Origin: Octopus vulgaris
Lineage: Eukaryota
Length of the DNA: 64,000 bases
Reading direction: 5' to 3'
Assembly: GCA_951406725.2 (NCBI GenBank)
Contig: OX597838.1
Location: 43,090,001 to 43,154,000 of the forward strand
The position numbers and the translations under genes are program-made. The notes under the pieces were generated by a model. That model did not search any database and was not told the origin of the DNA. It worked only from the letters and a program-made list of their open reading frames with translations. This document shows positions 1 to 13,289 of this stretch, in pieces (position 1 is the stretch's first letter; each line of letters begins with the position of its first letter).

Positions 1-163
1 ACGACATAATGTATAGTGAGTGTAAAACTGGACGGGAGACAAACACAGAAGGTCCCTAATTGTTCATCAGTTACCAACCAATTGGTGAAACTCAGCTTCA
101 TTGGTGTGACACATCGTCCTTATATAGGAATGACACATTACGTTGGCAAATAAACTTTACTGT

Positions 164-372
164 ATCATCATCATCATCATCATTGTTTAACGTCTGCTTT
201 CCAGGCAAGCATGGGTTGGACAATTTGACTGAGGACTGGTGAACCAGATGGCTGCACCAGGCAGCAATCTTGATTTGGTAGAGTTTCTAAAGCTGGATGC
301 TCTTCCTAATGCCAACCACTCTGAGAGTGTACTGGGTGCTTTTACGTACCACCAGCATGAGGTCCAGTCAGA
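164..372 (-). mobile_element. 3' end of RTE-type LINE (or SINE sharing its tail) with (GAT)n tail
   Basis: (CAT)n-GTTTAACGTC...GCATGGGTTGGA...GCTGGATGC..TTCCTAA matches the 3' UTR of the RTE at 21480-23325; about 20 similar copies in the window. Confidence 0.8.
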
Positions 373-373
373 C

Positions 374-425
<52 letters not shown>

Positions 426-1387
426 TCACTTTGATCACTTTGACCAACCAGTCCGTCAGGCGTCCATTTGACACCGCTGGTCACAGCACGCTGTCCACTC
501 CTCTCTGGATCGCGCCTTTCAAGACCTCCACGACGGTGGAATTACGATATATATATATATATACACATACATATATACACATATATATATACACACACAC
601 ACCTACATATATATGCATACACATATGTATACATATATACATACAATCACACACATAGAGAGACATGTATGTATCTATGTGTGTATGTATGTGTGTGTGT
701 ATGTCTGTGTGTATGTACGTATGTATAATACAATTTAATGCAGGTCACTTTTAAACTCAATACAACAACGTTAAGTGAGTGCTATTTAGCGAGCAATTTT
801 GAATGGCTGGTGAGAGAAGCTCTTGAAGAAATGATATAAAATACTTGACCCTCTTCTTACAGGAATTCTCTCCTCAACAAAGAAATTCTTTGATGTTTAA
901 GCCAAGAATTTCCTTCCCTAACTGGAGTGGTTGCATCAGGAGGCAACAAATGAGGTCTTGTGTGGTCACTCAACCTCTGAGAAATAACAGCTGAATCTTC
1001 CTAAAATCATACCATACCATGTTGAGGAAGTAAATACACAATGGAGGATATAGTTTGAGGGAGACTAGGCCAGAGAGAGAAAAAATGGATGGGGACGGCA
1101 AGAATGTCTTTGATTGGCATGTTTCAGGATTGACCTTGGGCTAAACAGTAACTGCTTGTCAGCCCTGGTCAAACCGTCCAACCCATGCCAGCATAGACAA
1201 CGGGCATTAAATGATGATGATGATGATGATGATTGTGAAAGTCTCCAAGCGTCTTGCCTCAAGCATTTAGGAACATCATTGCTCCAAAGATTCTGAAAGG
1301 AATGTGAAAAATCCCGAATAAAGAAAAGTCAAACTTGAACGTATTTATGTTTTGAACATAACACACTTGAAAGATCTATTCCCAGTT

Positions 1388-1693
1388 GTTGTTGTTTGTT
1401 CCTTCTCGAGCCATGCCTGGCTCATAAGGGCCGGTTTCCCGGTTTCTTGGCGTATAGGTTCCCCACCCGGACAGGACGCTGGTCCATTGCAGGTGAGCTG
1501 CAAGATGTAGGAGGAAAGAGTAAGAGAAAGTTGTGGCGAAAGAGTTAGCAGAAGTTTGCCATTACCTTCTGCTGGAGCTGCGTGGAGCTTAGGTGATTCG
1601 CTCATAAACACACACATCGCCAGGTCTGCGATTCGAACCAGCAATCCCTCAACTGCAAGTCTGCTGCTCTAACCACTAGGCCCTGTGCCTCCA
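1388..1693 (-). mobile_element. Full-length tRNA-derived SINE with V-domain-like segment and (AAC)n tail
   Basis: A box GGCCTAGTGG and B box GGTTCGAATC; CCTGCAATGGACCAGCGTCCTGTCC resembles the V-SINE domain; 12-bp TSD CTATTCCCAGTT at 1376-1387 and 1694-1705. Confidence 0.85.
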
Positions 1694-1877
1694 CTATTCC
1701 CAGTTCACACTATGATAGACTTGGGCCAATCAAAGTCTTGTGAGTGTATCTCATAGATGGAAACTGGAAGAAGCCTATTGTGTGGAGCCAAGAGTGTTGA
1801 TAGCTTAGAACTTGGGTTGAATGATTCTCTGGAAATACCCGACCTTTAAACCCTACCCTGACCTAACATATATATAT

Positions 1878-2099
1878 ATTCTTTTATTCGTTTCAGTCAT
1901 TTGACTGTGGCCATGGTGGAGCACCACCTTTAGTTGAACAAATCGACCCCAGGACTTATTCTTTTGTAAGCCTAATATTTATTGTATCAGGCTCTTTTGC
2001 CAAACTGCTAAGTTACAGGGACGTAAACACACCAACATCGATTGTCAAGCGATAGTTGGGGGGGGGGGGTGAAACAAACACAGACACACAAACATATAC

Positions 2100-2161
<62 letters not shown>

Positions 2162-2328
2162 GGCTTCTTACAGTTAAGTCTACCAAATCCACTCACAAAG
2201 GCTTTGGTCAGCCTGAGGCTATAGTAGAAGACACTTGCCCAAGGTGCCACATAGTGAGACTGAACCTGGAACCTGTGGTTGGTAAGTAAGCTACTTACCA
2301 CACAGCCACTCCTGCACCAAGCCACTCC
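1878..2328 (-). mobile_element. tRNA-derived CORE-like SINE with internal microsatellite (most abundant SINE here)
   Basis: Head GTGGCTGTGTGGTAAG...GGTTCAGTC, CORE-like CCTTGGGCAAGT, internal (TA)n/(CA)n, tail ...GACTGAAAC.AATAAAAG; over 20 full or partial copies, e.g. 12160-12510, 33115-33490, 62120-62330. Confidence 0.8.
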
Positions 2329-2398
2329 CATATAGTTAATCAAAAAAATGGAGAAAAAAGACAACAATAAAAAACAACAATGTGAGGGCATGGTATTA

Positions 2399-2480
<82 letters not shown>

Positions 2481-2830
2481 CAAAGGAATAGGGATTTTAA
2501 ATCCAGGCAGATACCTTACAAGGACTCTGTTACAATCCATTGTTGGCTAACCACTCTGAGTATTAGGAAACATTTAGAACCATTTATTCTAAACAGTTTT
2601 TTTGATTGGTAACTCTTGGGTTTGCTTTGAAGAATTCCAAGTAGAATTCCAGAACATATTAGACAGATATAATAAAGAATGGAAAAGTATACATCTTTAG
2701 AATTTTTTAAATAAATTTTTATTTACAGCATTTTAAATTCCAGGCCTTGTGCCTATAGCAGAAAATGCCAAAAAAATTCTAAAAATGTATGATTCTTCAT
2801 TATATATTTGTGTGTGTGTGTGTGTATACG

Positions 2831-2884
<54 letters not shown>

Positions 2885-2965
2885 TATATTTTGTTCATAG
2901 ATGTGTGTGTAATTATGTGTATGTGTGTGTGTATGCTATTGTGCATGTGTCTGTATTCCTGCATT

Positions 2966-3000
<35 letters not shown>

Positions 3001-3150
3001 ATGAGTGTTTGCTATGTAGTAGTTTACTAGGGTAGGCACTTGGAGAAAACAGCACACCCAGAATACTTGGGAAAACGCTTGACACTTGAAGGTGCCAGCC
3101 CAATCCCCGGTTGCGGATACCTGACACTCGTTATTTTATCACCTGCAACA

Positions 3151-3358
3151 AGGCGGAAGGATTGTTAGTACACTGGGCGAAATGCTTAGTGGTATTTCAT
3201 CTGTCTTTATGTTCTGAGTTCAAATTCCGCTGAGGTTGACTTTGCCTTTCATCCTTTCAGGGTCAATAAATTAAGTACCAGTTACATACTGAGGTTGATC
3301 TAATCAACTGGCCCCCTCCCCCAAAATGTTATGCCTTGTGCCTAGAGTAGAAAAGATT
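3151..3358 (+). mobile_element. tRNA-derived SINE with Nin/Deu-like central domain
   Basis: GAGTTCAAATTCC B box followed by GACTTTGCCTTTCATCCTTTC.GGGTC.ATAAA.TAAGTACC; further copies near 6545, 9975, 16320, 20030, 44450, 44860, 55615, 57290, 60090 and 60480. Confidence 0.75.
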
Positions 3359-3391
3359 GTAACACCAGCAACAAATGCTGTGCAACAAGCA

Positions 3392-3447
<56 letters not shown>

Positions 3448-3450
<3 letters not shown>

Positions 3451-4011
3451 GCCCTGATGCAGTACCAGGCAGTGGCTCTCATGGCTTCTGATCTTAACTG
3501 ATTGGAAGTGTTATCATGTACATTGTTTTGTCTTGGTATAAAAGATGGGCTACAGCAAATATTCTGCTCAATACCACAGATTTGCTTGTCAGTTGTTTGA
3601 CCTTAACCAGTTGAGCATGTCCCTTAGTGGCTGACGATATGTGCATCTCTGATCACAAGCAGAAGTAGTTGGGGAGCATCATAGGCATGTGTTGAGAGGG
3701 ATTCTTTGGGGTTTGAATAATTCACCTCTGGAAACATGGATGTTTCCCTCAACATCCTTAAACAACCCTTATTCAGGGACCTTTTTGAGCTGGATGGGTT
3801 ACTCGACCAGAAGAAAATTCTAACTGGGCCCCACCTGCAAGGTCATGTGCTGTTTATCTTGATATGAGATCACCATGTCGCGCACATATGGTTGTGATGC
3901 ATGTACCCAGTGTACCCTTATCAAACGAGTAGTCATGATGGGTATACTGGGCTTCGTATATTTTACCCCAGTGTCACTTTGATGGCATTCACTGCTCTCT
4001 CACTCACTCAC
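3448..4011. mobile_element. About 560-bp non-coding element embedded in an (AAT)n tract
   Basis: Complex sequence bounded by (AAT)n at 3391-3447 and (AAT/GAT)n at 4012-4060; no ORF. Confidence 0.5.
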
Positions 4012-4721
4012 TAATAATGATGATGATGATGATGATGATGATAATAATAATAATAATTATGACGACAGTGATTGCTTTTAACAAAAGTTGAAATGTAGGA
4101 CATGAAGGGTGGGGCCTACACAAATCAAAAAGAAATGAACAACAACAAAATAATAACTAAAAACAATCTAAATATAGAATCAAAAAGAAATGACAGGAAG
4201 AATGCTTAAGGCTTTCAACTGAATCAGGCTTTATATGCAGAGCTAAACAAAGGTAAAAGGTGTGTTCATAAGAAGTTATGGCAGAACAGACAAATATAAA
4301 AATGAACATGTCCTATTTGGACTAAATTAGGTTTTATAAATTGTGATAAACAGTTGCCAACACCCAACACATACATGTTCAGCCCCCCCACCACCACCAA
4401 TCTCTTTTCAAAAATGTTGGTAACCATGTAACCATGTAGTACATCTACAGCCAAGGAGCTTCTCTTGTTCTTGCCCTTTCTCTCCAAGCAGAAAGCCACC
4501 TCCCTCTCGGCTGTATGGCAAACTTCTGCTTGTGCCTTGAAAACAACAAAGCACCCAGTAAATGTTGTAAAGTTGTTGGCATTGTGAAGGGAGGACATGG
4601 AGGCAATGGAGACTTGCCTCAGCAAACTCTCATTTATTCAAGCATGGAAAAGTGGACATTAAACAGCAGATTTCATAGAGGCTGAACAAGCCCCACAATA
4701 GACAGACAGACAGACAGACAT

Positions 4722-4930
4722 GGTGGTGGTGGTGGTCTACTCCTTGTACAGAGTCTGACAACCTCTCATACTCACACCTTAGGTCCATCATGGCATCTGA
4801 TGTGGCTTTTTAAACCAGACAATGCTTTGAAAAGACACCCACTTAAAATGCAAATCTGCTTTGGACCACCAAGAGCTGCAATTAGGGTCTGGTCTTTAGG
4901 GATCTTAAAATATCCTTTGAGGCCTCCATT
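4722..4930 (-). mobile_element. RTE-clade LINE 3' end with C-terminal C2H2-like motif
   Basis: Translation ...CILSGCLFKALSGLKSHIRCH resembles the C-terminal C2H2 of RTE ORF2, followed by a short UTR and (ACC)n tail. Confidence 0.55.
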
Positions 4931-4939
4931 AGATGTGCA

Positions 4940-5315
4940 TGCATACATACATACATACATACAACCAACCATACATACATACATACATACAACCATACAT
5001 ACATACATACATACAACCATACATACACACACACATACATACATACATACATGCATACAACCATACATACACACACACATACATACATACATACATGCAT
5101 ACAACCATACATACACACACACATACATACATACATACATGCATACAACCATACATACACACACACATACATACATACATCCATCCATCCATCCGTCCAT
5201 CCATACATACATACATACACACACACATACATACACCCATGCATACAACCATACATACATACACACACACACACACACATACATACATACATCCATGCAT
5301 ACATGCATACATACA
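4940..5315. repeat. Compound (CATA)n/(CA)n satellite with higher-order ~40-44 bp unit
   Basis: Unit ATGCATACAACCATACATACACACACACATACATAC... repeated several times. Confidence 0.95.
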
Positions 5316-5783
5316 GACAGAGAGAGAGACATGAATGTAGATATAGGTATAGGTGTGGCTATATGAACAGGTGTGGCTGTATGGCTAAGAAGTTTGCTCC
5401 CCAGCAGTGCGGTTTTGGGTTCAGTGCCACAACATGGCACCTAGGGCAACCAAAACCTTATGGAGGTTTTCTAACATTGAGGATATTAAATTCTGATGTC
5501 TCTATATTTTAATCCTGTTCACTTTCCCCTAAAAGAGGACTTTGTCCAAAATTTTTGGATTTTCCATTCCCCATAGCAACTTCTCTTTTTCTTAGACCAA
5601 CACCAGTCCCTTTGGAGTCTGTCAGTGAGAGAGAGAGAGAGAGCCTGAAACACGTTTCTGTCCCCTTCTGTAACAGCCGTGCACTTCCAGTCATCATCAT
5701 TTCACATCCCACATGTCATTGCTTGCGGGGGTTGGACGGTTTGACAGGGTCCGATGGCGCTAAGGACTACATTGCGCTTTAGC

Positions 5784-6030
5784 GCAGCGGTTCTCGACCA
5801 GGGGGCCGTATGACTCCCTGGGACGGCGAGGGATGGGGGGGGGGGTCACACCAGCAAGATAATAAATCAGGGGCCCACATTAGTATTTTAAATATCCACA
5901 AGAAGTTTTGACTTAAATGTGTGTATTGCAAGGTACAGCTCGGTTTCTTTCTAAAACGTTTTGCATAATTCAACTGATAAAAGAGAATAAGAAACTAGGA
6001 ATTTCGAAAGACTTCAGAATAACAAACGTT
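5784..6030 (+). mobile_element. hAT-like MITE fragment
   Basis: Begins CAGCGGTTCTC with GGGG..CC tracts, similar to the element at 34844-35433. Confidence 0.45.
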
Positions 6031-7084
6031 ATGATTCCCCCATGGACACACACACACACATACACCACCAACACCACCACCACCACTACTATTACTACAA
6101 CTAGTAATAATAATGATAAAAATAATTTCTTTTATAGCCACAGGGGCATAGACGACGGGAACATCACAAAGACAACAAATTTACATAAAGGATGAGGAGA
6201 AAGAAATGGAAGAAGCATACGTAACATGTGATAACGTGAGTGATATGGGGGAAAGTGCAGCTAGGGGCCAATCAAGGAACCCCACAGATCCAGGATTACC
6301 CTGACCAACGATGCTTTCTTTATTCACTTCTAAGGATTCGCAAAAATGTTGGAGATGATGCAGGACAATGCATTCTAGGATCAGGTAAAAACGTATAAAA
6401 ATTAAATGAATGGAACCGATCGAACAGGGGTACAGAAAGTCAGCAATATTCAAAATTATTAACCCCCAAAATAAAAAGACAAATCTGACAATCAAGGCAG
6501 GATTTGAACTCAGAACGGTATCAATTTTTACTAAATCGGATTTCCTAAGTTCAGAGTTCAAATTAAGCCGAAGTCGACTTTGCCTTTCATCCCTTTCAGG
6601 GTCGATAAAATAAGTAGCAGTTGAACACTAAGCCGATATAATCGACGAGGTCCACCCCAGAACATTCCAGGCCTTGTGCCTATATTAGAAGGAATTATTT
6701 ACTAAAAGCCAGGCCGATGGATCAACAGATTTCATTCAGTGAACAGCATAGGAAGAAAAAGAAAAATTCCTTGTAGTACACACGACCTTTTTAGGCTCTA
6801 AGTTTCATAATCGTGTTAAAGTATAATTTTGTCAAATAACATTTCGGGGTTGCACCGGTCGGTTAAATAATGGGGCGATTTAGTTGGTTGTAACACTTCT
6901 CCCCACAAAAGCTGGGTGTCTTTCTGCCAATGTTATTAAACAAGTCACTGACTTATTAAATATCATTATGGAAGTCGAACCTCGGAGAGTCTGTGTAATC
7001 GGTCGAAGTTCTAGAAATAGCAATCAAATCACCCTTAAATGCAAGGAAAGGGCACGTGTATATGTACAATGTATTTTAAGCATT

Positions 7085-7115
<31 letters not shown>

Positions 7116-7242
7116 GCTCACTTCTAAACTCCCAGATTACTCTCATAATTATATACATACATTATGTAAAATACATTTGACTGTTTTAGTCAAATGAATT
7201 GATAGGCCCAGACACAACATCCAAAAGTACATGGTTTTTCGT

Positions 7243-7340
7243 TTCTCTGATGAAATTATATTCGTGTCACATAAACGTAAATTTAATGTAATTTAATTTG
7301 TAATTAAATTATTGAGTATTAATTGAAACGGCTGTAAGAA
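7243..7340 (+). ncRNA. Type I minimal hammerhead ribozyme (Penelope-like), long loop 2
   Basis: TTCT-CTGATGA-AATTA...TAATT-GAAAC-GGCT-GTA-AGAA: stem I TTCT/AGAA, intact core, GUA cleavage triplet. Confidence 0.75.
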
Positions 7341-7594
7341 GCGAAGATAACCAATTTGTTAATAATAAATCAATCAACCTCCTTGTCTCCATTCAACTGG
7401 ATATAAACTGTATGCTTAATATATAACTATTGTTTTAAGGGAATTTCATTCCCCCAAAATACTTGGTATTGAACCAGTATTTCCGGGGTTAACATATCCT
7501 ATAATTAAATTTATATATGTATATATATCGTTTGTAAAAAACATAAATCCGAAAGAAGCACACTCTAAGATGTAGAGCAGTATACATTCCACAT

Positions 7595-7638
<44 letters not shown>

Positions 7639-7931
7639 TACATACATTCGCATGCACGAAGAGTTTATATATTTATAGCCAGATGCATTTAAACGTACAC
7701 ACAGATGTCTTAGAGGGTGAAATATACGAACTTCTATCAATATAGAAAGCACACGCGCACGCACTGTTTATACACTCTCTTATATACAAATACGTTTACA
7801 AGTCTACAGCTAGACGTGTAATGTACAATAAACATACACATACTTAGATCTATATACGTTACGTTCTGTATGCCAGTGTTAAATATATATATATGTATAT
7901 ATATATATGTATGTATATATATATAAGTATG

Positions 7932-7962
<31 letters not shown>

Positions 7963-7989
7963 ATGTATGTATATATGTACACACACATA

Positions 7990-8260
7990 CAAAGTCCCGT
8001 GAATATATACTCTGTTTATAACGGGCCTTGTATATATAGTCGTCTATGAAACTAACAGAAGTTTTTATAAATACATCCAAACAGAAAACTAATTAGAAAC
8101 CCTATATATACACCACCACAAACGGTCGCTGGTGGCAGGGTTGCCAAGACGTGATTAAATGTACAAAATACGATAATCAAATTGATAAATAAAAGATACT
8201 CAACAGGAAGAACCTGGATTAATTTCCCCCATTTTCAGTCCGGGCGGCAAGAAATAATAT
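7990..8260 (-). promoter_or_regulatory. Possible promoter inside a CpG-preserved island
   Basis: Unique CpG-retaining DNA, a minus-strand TATA-like TATATATAGGG near 8101-8111, and a TGGCAACCCTG motif near 8136-8146; no clear downstream splice donor. Confidence 0.25.
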
Positions 8261-9132
8261 TAGTGAGTCAAATAGTTTTCCAACAAGGAGCCTCTATGTG
8301 AGAGTTACCCGACACGCTAGAAATAGCAGCTAATTCTTCTTCATGTCACAGCACCACCAACAGCAGACATGACTGAGTGGTTGAAAAGTTTGCTTCGAAA
8401 ACGCGTGGTTTCGGTTTCACTCCCAGTCAATGTCTGCTGGGGCAACGTTTTTCTTTTCTTTTTTCTTATAGCTGTCTGTGTGTCCTTGTGTTTATCCTCC
8501 AACCGCTTGACAGTGTTGGTTTGTTCACGTCCCTGTCGCTAAGTTAGCAATATTGCCAAAAGAAAGCAAGTACCAGACTTTAAAATAAGTACTGTGGTTG
8601 ATTTGTTGGACTAAACTCGATATGGTGGTGCCCCAGCATGACCACAGTCCAGTGCATGAAACAAGTAAAAGAGTAAATAAAAGTGATGGTCCAGGTTAGT
8701 ATGCCTCTGATAGTTTATCTGCCCAATCAATGAGACCATACTCAGGGTTAAAACACTTTGAACAAATAATTTCTAGTAATTTCAAACCAGCTTCAGTTCT
8801 GAGTTCACTTTGAAAATCATCACTTGACGCTCATCATCATCATCATCAACGTCGTCGTCGTTTTAACGTCTACTTTTCCAAGCTTGCATGGGTTGGACAG
8901 ATTTTTAAGGCAGATTTTATTTTACAGCTGGACGCTCTTCCTGTGGCCAACCCTTACCTGTTTCCACACAAGGTAACATTTCTCCCATGGCCAGACATAT
9001 TTCATGGAAGATTTGAAACAAGGAGCACTTCTCATATGATGGTGACACTCGTTTACAGCTATTGTGTGATGGCAAGGCAAGGAGACAGTAACACAACACA
9101 CACACACACACACATGCATATACTTATATATG

Positions 9133-9450
9133 TAAAATACAAAATGGGACAAGAACGCAAAGCATCCGGACAACTTGGTGATACAAAAAGGGACAACAAA
9201 ACATCCAGATAGACGATACAAAGAAAACAAGGGCAGGGCATTCGAAGTTTTCTATCTTCAGTCAAGAACCGGATCATCCTCGCAATTTCGGCTGATTATT
9301 CTTGAGATTGCTCCAATCTGGCCAGCCCCAAGGAAAAACTAAGCTAAGAGCATTAGATTCCTTGGAAGAAAGCATCGAATGTATACAAAAACAAGGACGA
9401 AAAAAATGGACAATGTTACACAAATATAAATACAATAAAAAAATACATAT
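9133..9450 (-). mobile_element. Unclassified short repeat, possibly Penelope-derived
   Basis: Second copy in opposite orientation at about 19325-19480; contains decayed GGCTG...CAGCC-GAAA resembling an HHR stem II. Confidence 0.5.
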
Positions 9451-10680
9451 ATACATAATATACTAATATATATATATATATATATATGCATGCATACACA
9501 AATACATATATGCATATACATACGTAAACACACGTACACACACACATACTAGGGGCTGGCACACAGTTTCCGTCTAGAAAATCCTTGCAAGACTTTGGTC
9601 AGCCGAAGGGTAGAAGACACCCAGGTGTGATTAAACGCAGAACCATGTGGGTGGAAAGCTTGCCAACACCTGTGCTGGCACCACATAAATGGCACATGTG
9701 CCATTGGTACACAAAAGACACTTAGTATGTTCTGTAAAAAGAAAATGGAGTCTAGTGTAGCTCTCCAGCCTTGCCAGTCCCTGTCGAATGTCCAACCGAT
9801 GCCAGCATGAAAAAGATGTCAGATGAGGATGAGCTACACCTGGATATTAAAATAAATACCCATTGAAAATCAATTTAATTCTGAATTTAAATTGTTGATA
9901 TACCATAAAATGTTGTAATTTTGTGTCAATCAATAACATTCATTATTCTCTCAATCACCATCACTCATCATTAAGGCAGCAAGCCGGGTGAAATGCTTAG
10001 TGGTATTTCGTCTGTCTTCATGTTCTGAGTTCAAATTCCACCGACTTTGCCTTTTGCAGTTAATTAAATAAGTACCAGTTATGTACTGGGGTTGATGCAA
10101 TCGACTTAATCTCTTTGTCTGTCCTTGTTTGTCCCTCTATGTTTAACCCCCTGTGGGCAATAAAGAAATAAATATCAATCATCATTCTCTCCCTCTCTTC
10201 TTTCAGTCATCCTATCTTTACAATTATCAAATTAAAATGAGAAGGAGCAATTTGTTAATTAAGTTACATTAATGATTCCCTCGGCAGGCATAGCATGGGT
10301 TGCGGGTGAGGGGAGGGGCCTGTTTAATAGCCACACAGCACTCAGACCACCACCTTCTTTAAACCTAACACACTTCCATCAGCAGCAGACGCAAGGTACG
10401 TAAAGAGGCTGTCCTGTCTGATTCCTCCCTCCCAATGTTACACCACAGATATCGTTAGTTAACGATTGTAATTGTTTGACCACAGAGAAGACATTCCACT
10501 TCTGCCCACTTCATCTTTTCACAAATAATTTATCTCCAACTTTGTTCTCCATCCCAGTATAAGAGAAAGTTTTTTTTCCCCATTATATGATTTTGTCCCT
10601 AACAAAGCTTGAGGCCACTGCAGCACAAGGGTCTATAAAGAAGGAAAAGAAAGGGGTCAACAAATTCAAAGAAAGCTTAA

Positions 10681-10903
10681 CCCTTTAGCATTTACCATTC
10701 CTCAGTCAAATGAAATGTTTATTTATTCACATCGTTGTGAATTAATCATGCATTATCTGGTAGCTTTGAGATTTCGATAATGTGAATGTATATTTTTGGG
10801 ATGACATTTTAGGGTCAGTGTGAGAGGCCTGATCTGGCCAGTTTAAACGTAAGAAAGGGAGAATATTTTGGCTGGACATGGTCAATTTAAATGCTAAAAA
10901 GGG
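10681..10903. mobile_element. piggyBac-like MITE
   Basis: TTAA TSDs at 10677-10680 and 10904-10907; TIRs CCCTTTAGCATTTA / TAAATGCTAAAAAGGG. Confidence 0.8.
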
Positions 10904-11525
10904 TTAAAGGATTGAATATCATAGTCCAAAGAAAAACACGACAATGGTAAGGAGTTGCAGGGATCAGCAGTTTGAGGCAAGAAGCCCTTAGAATATAAAG
11001 ATTTATGACTAACAAGAATATAAAAGATTTATGACTAACAGAGAAATGATGTATCTGAGATGACAAGCAAGTGATACATGAGAGGGGGGGACTAAACCAG
11101 AAAGCTCATCAGAGCAGTGGCCATAGAAAAATTTTTTAAAGAAACACAACAAAGATTTCAACGATGAGCCAAAGACTTCACCCTAATAGAAAGGAGACTT
11201 GCCATTGTAGCAACTCAAACAATGATATTCAATGCCAGGGCAAATGGCGGCCTTATGGAGATACAAGATACTCTCAAGTGTAAGACTGAACAAGATTTGG
11301 CTGATGTTTCTAGTAAGTCAGGTAACCACTTAAAGGCACCTTCAGTCCTTGTGTTAAAACCTTCAATGAATTATCACAGGTAAAAGTAAGAAGGGCTCAA
11401 GTTTATGTATTAAATGTTGTATTAATGGAGGGACATCAATTGGAATTTCCTGCATGCAGGCTAAGCTGAACTTATATGAATAAAAGTGAATAATGAACCA
11501 AATTTTAAAGGAAACTAAGTACTCT

Positions 11526-11860
11526 AGGGTTGGCAAGAAAGTAATTTCGGTTTTTTAGTGTGAAATAAAAACCATTTTTTTTTCATACAAAGAATGAACT
11601 TTAATCAGTTATATATTTTCCATTTGTTCGATGACCTTTTGCCATCTTTCTGGCAACTTCTTGATTCTGCGCTCATAGAACAACTGGTCTTCATCAGCCA
11701 AAAACTGAAGCAACTTCCTCATCGTTATTGAAAGTTTTACCATTCACAGAATTTTGCAAACTTTGAAATAAATGGTAATCTGATGGTGCATGGCTGTGGC
11801 ATCACTTCCCAACCAAGCGCCAGTCATTTTTCGTGTGTTAGCAAAGACATGTTACGTAGT
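11526..11860 (-). mobile_element. mariner transposase C-terminal relic with one terminus
   Basis: Minus-strand remnants LGWEVMPQP, APSDYHLFQSLQN and FYERRIKKLPERWQKVIEQ, typical of mariner; TA-GGGTTGGCAA terminus. Confidence 0.8.
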
Positions 11861-13289
11861 TCCATACTTCAATTATATGGCTTTAGTTTTAAACCTCAGA
11901 AAAAGCCACAGATCTACAAGAGACACTAGACTTCAGGTGCAATTAGCAAAGATAGAAGCAGGTGAGCAGAGTTTAAGATTACAAGGCAGTATATAAAGAG
12001 AAATCAAGGTAAGTGGCAGTGGTAGGAAGTTTTGCTTGTCAATCACGTAGTCTAGGGTTCAGTCCCACTGCGTGGCACCTTGGGCAAGTGTCTTCTACTA
12101 TAGCCCCAGGTCAACCAAAGCCTTATCAGTGGATTTAGTAGATGGAAGCCTGCTGTATATTCTTTTATTTGTTTCAGTCATTTGACTACAGCCATGCTGG
12201 AGCACCACCTTTAGTCAAACAAATCAACTCCAGGACTTATTCTTTGTAAGCCTAGTACTTATTCTATTGGTCTCTTTTGCCAAAGTTCTAAGTTACAGGG
12301 ACATAAATGCACCAACATTGGTTGTCAAGCGATGGTGGGGAAGACAAACACAGACACACAAACACACATATATGACAAGCTTCTTTCAGTTTCCATCTAG
12401 AAACATCAGCCATTCAGAAGGCTATGGTCAGCCTGAGGCCAAAGTAAAAGACACTTGCCCAAGGTGCCACGTGGTGGGACTGAACTTGGAACCACATAGT
12501 TGGTAAGCAAGCTGCCTGTGTATATATATATACATACATATATATGTGTGTGCATGTCCAGGCTTACTACTTGATGATTGGAGCTAGTTTTTGTTTCCAT
12601 CTCTGTAAGTTTGGCCAAAGAAACTGAGAGCAAAACTCTGCAGATTTAAAAAATAAGTACTGAGATTGATTTGCTTAACTAAACTCTTCGAGGCTGTGCC
12701 CCAGCATGGCCACACTCCAATGACTGAAAGAAGAGAAAGATAAAAGAAGACAAGAAGTGGACATGAAATGAAAGCAACACATTTTTGCTCTTCACCGATA
12801 CTGAAAGGAAAGAGATCACTTAGCTTTTTACCTGTCTTAGTCATTGGACTGAGGCCATGCTGGGGCACCGCCTTGAAGGGCTTTAGCTGAACAATCAACC
12901 CCAATCTAGGACTTATTCTATCAGTTGCTTTTGCTAAACTACTAAGTTATGGGAACATAAATAAGCCAACATAGGTTGTCAGGCAGTGGGGGGTGAGACA
13001 CACCCACACACATAAGATAGGCTTCCACACAGTTTCTATCAACCAAATCCACTCGCAAAGTTTTTGTTCAGCTTTGGGCTATAGCAGAAAATAGTTGCCT
13101 GAGAGGTCCCGTGCAGTAGACGACATAGTTGGGGAAGTGAGCTTCTTAACAACACAGCTCTGATGTTTTTATGAAGGGCTGTTGAATGAAGAGAATGCAC
13201 AGAAGAAAAAGGGTCTTTACAGAGCAAACCAACGTGCCATCTAAGTTGATGGCTGTATGGAAGATAGAGTAATTGAGGATAGGAAGCCA

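Noticed and set aside
7458-7495. Possible short first coding exon on minus (MLTPEILVQYQ followed by GTATTT)
   Set aside because: Weak donor, no recognisable protein, and adjacent to an HHR-bearing repeat.
10200-10560. Unique segment with several ACCACA (Runx-like) sites
   Set aside because: Short motifs expected by chance; enhancer status cannot be supported without conservation data.
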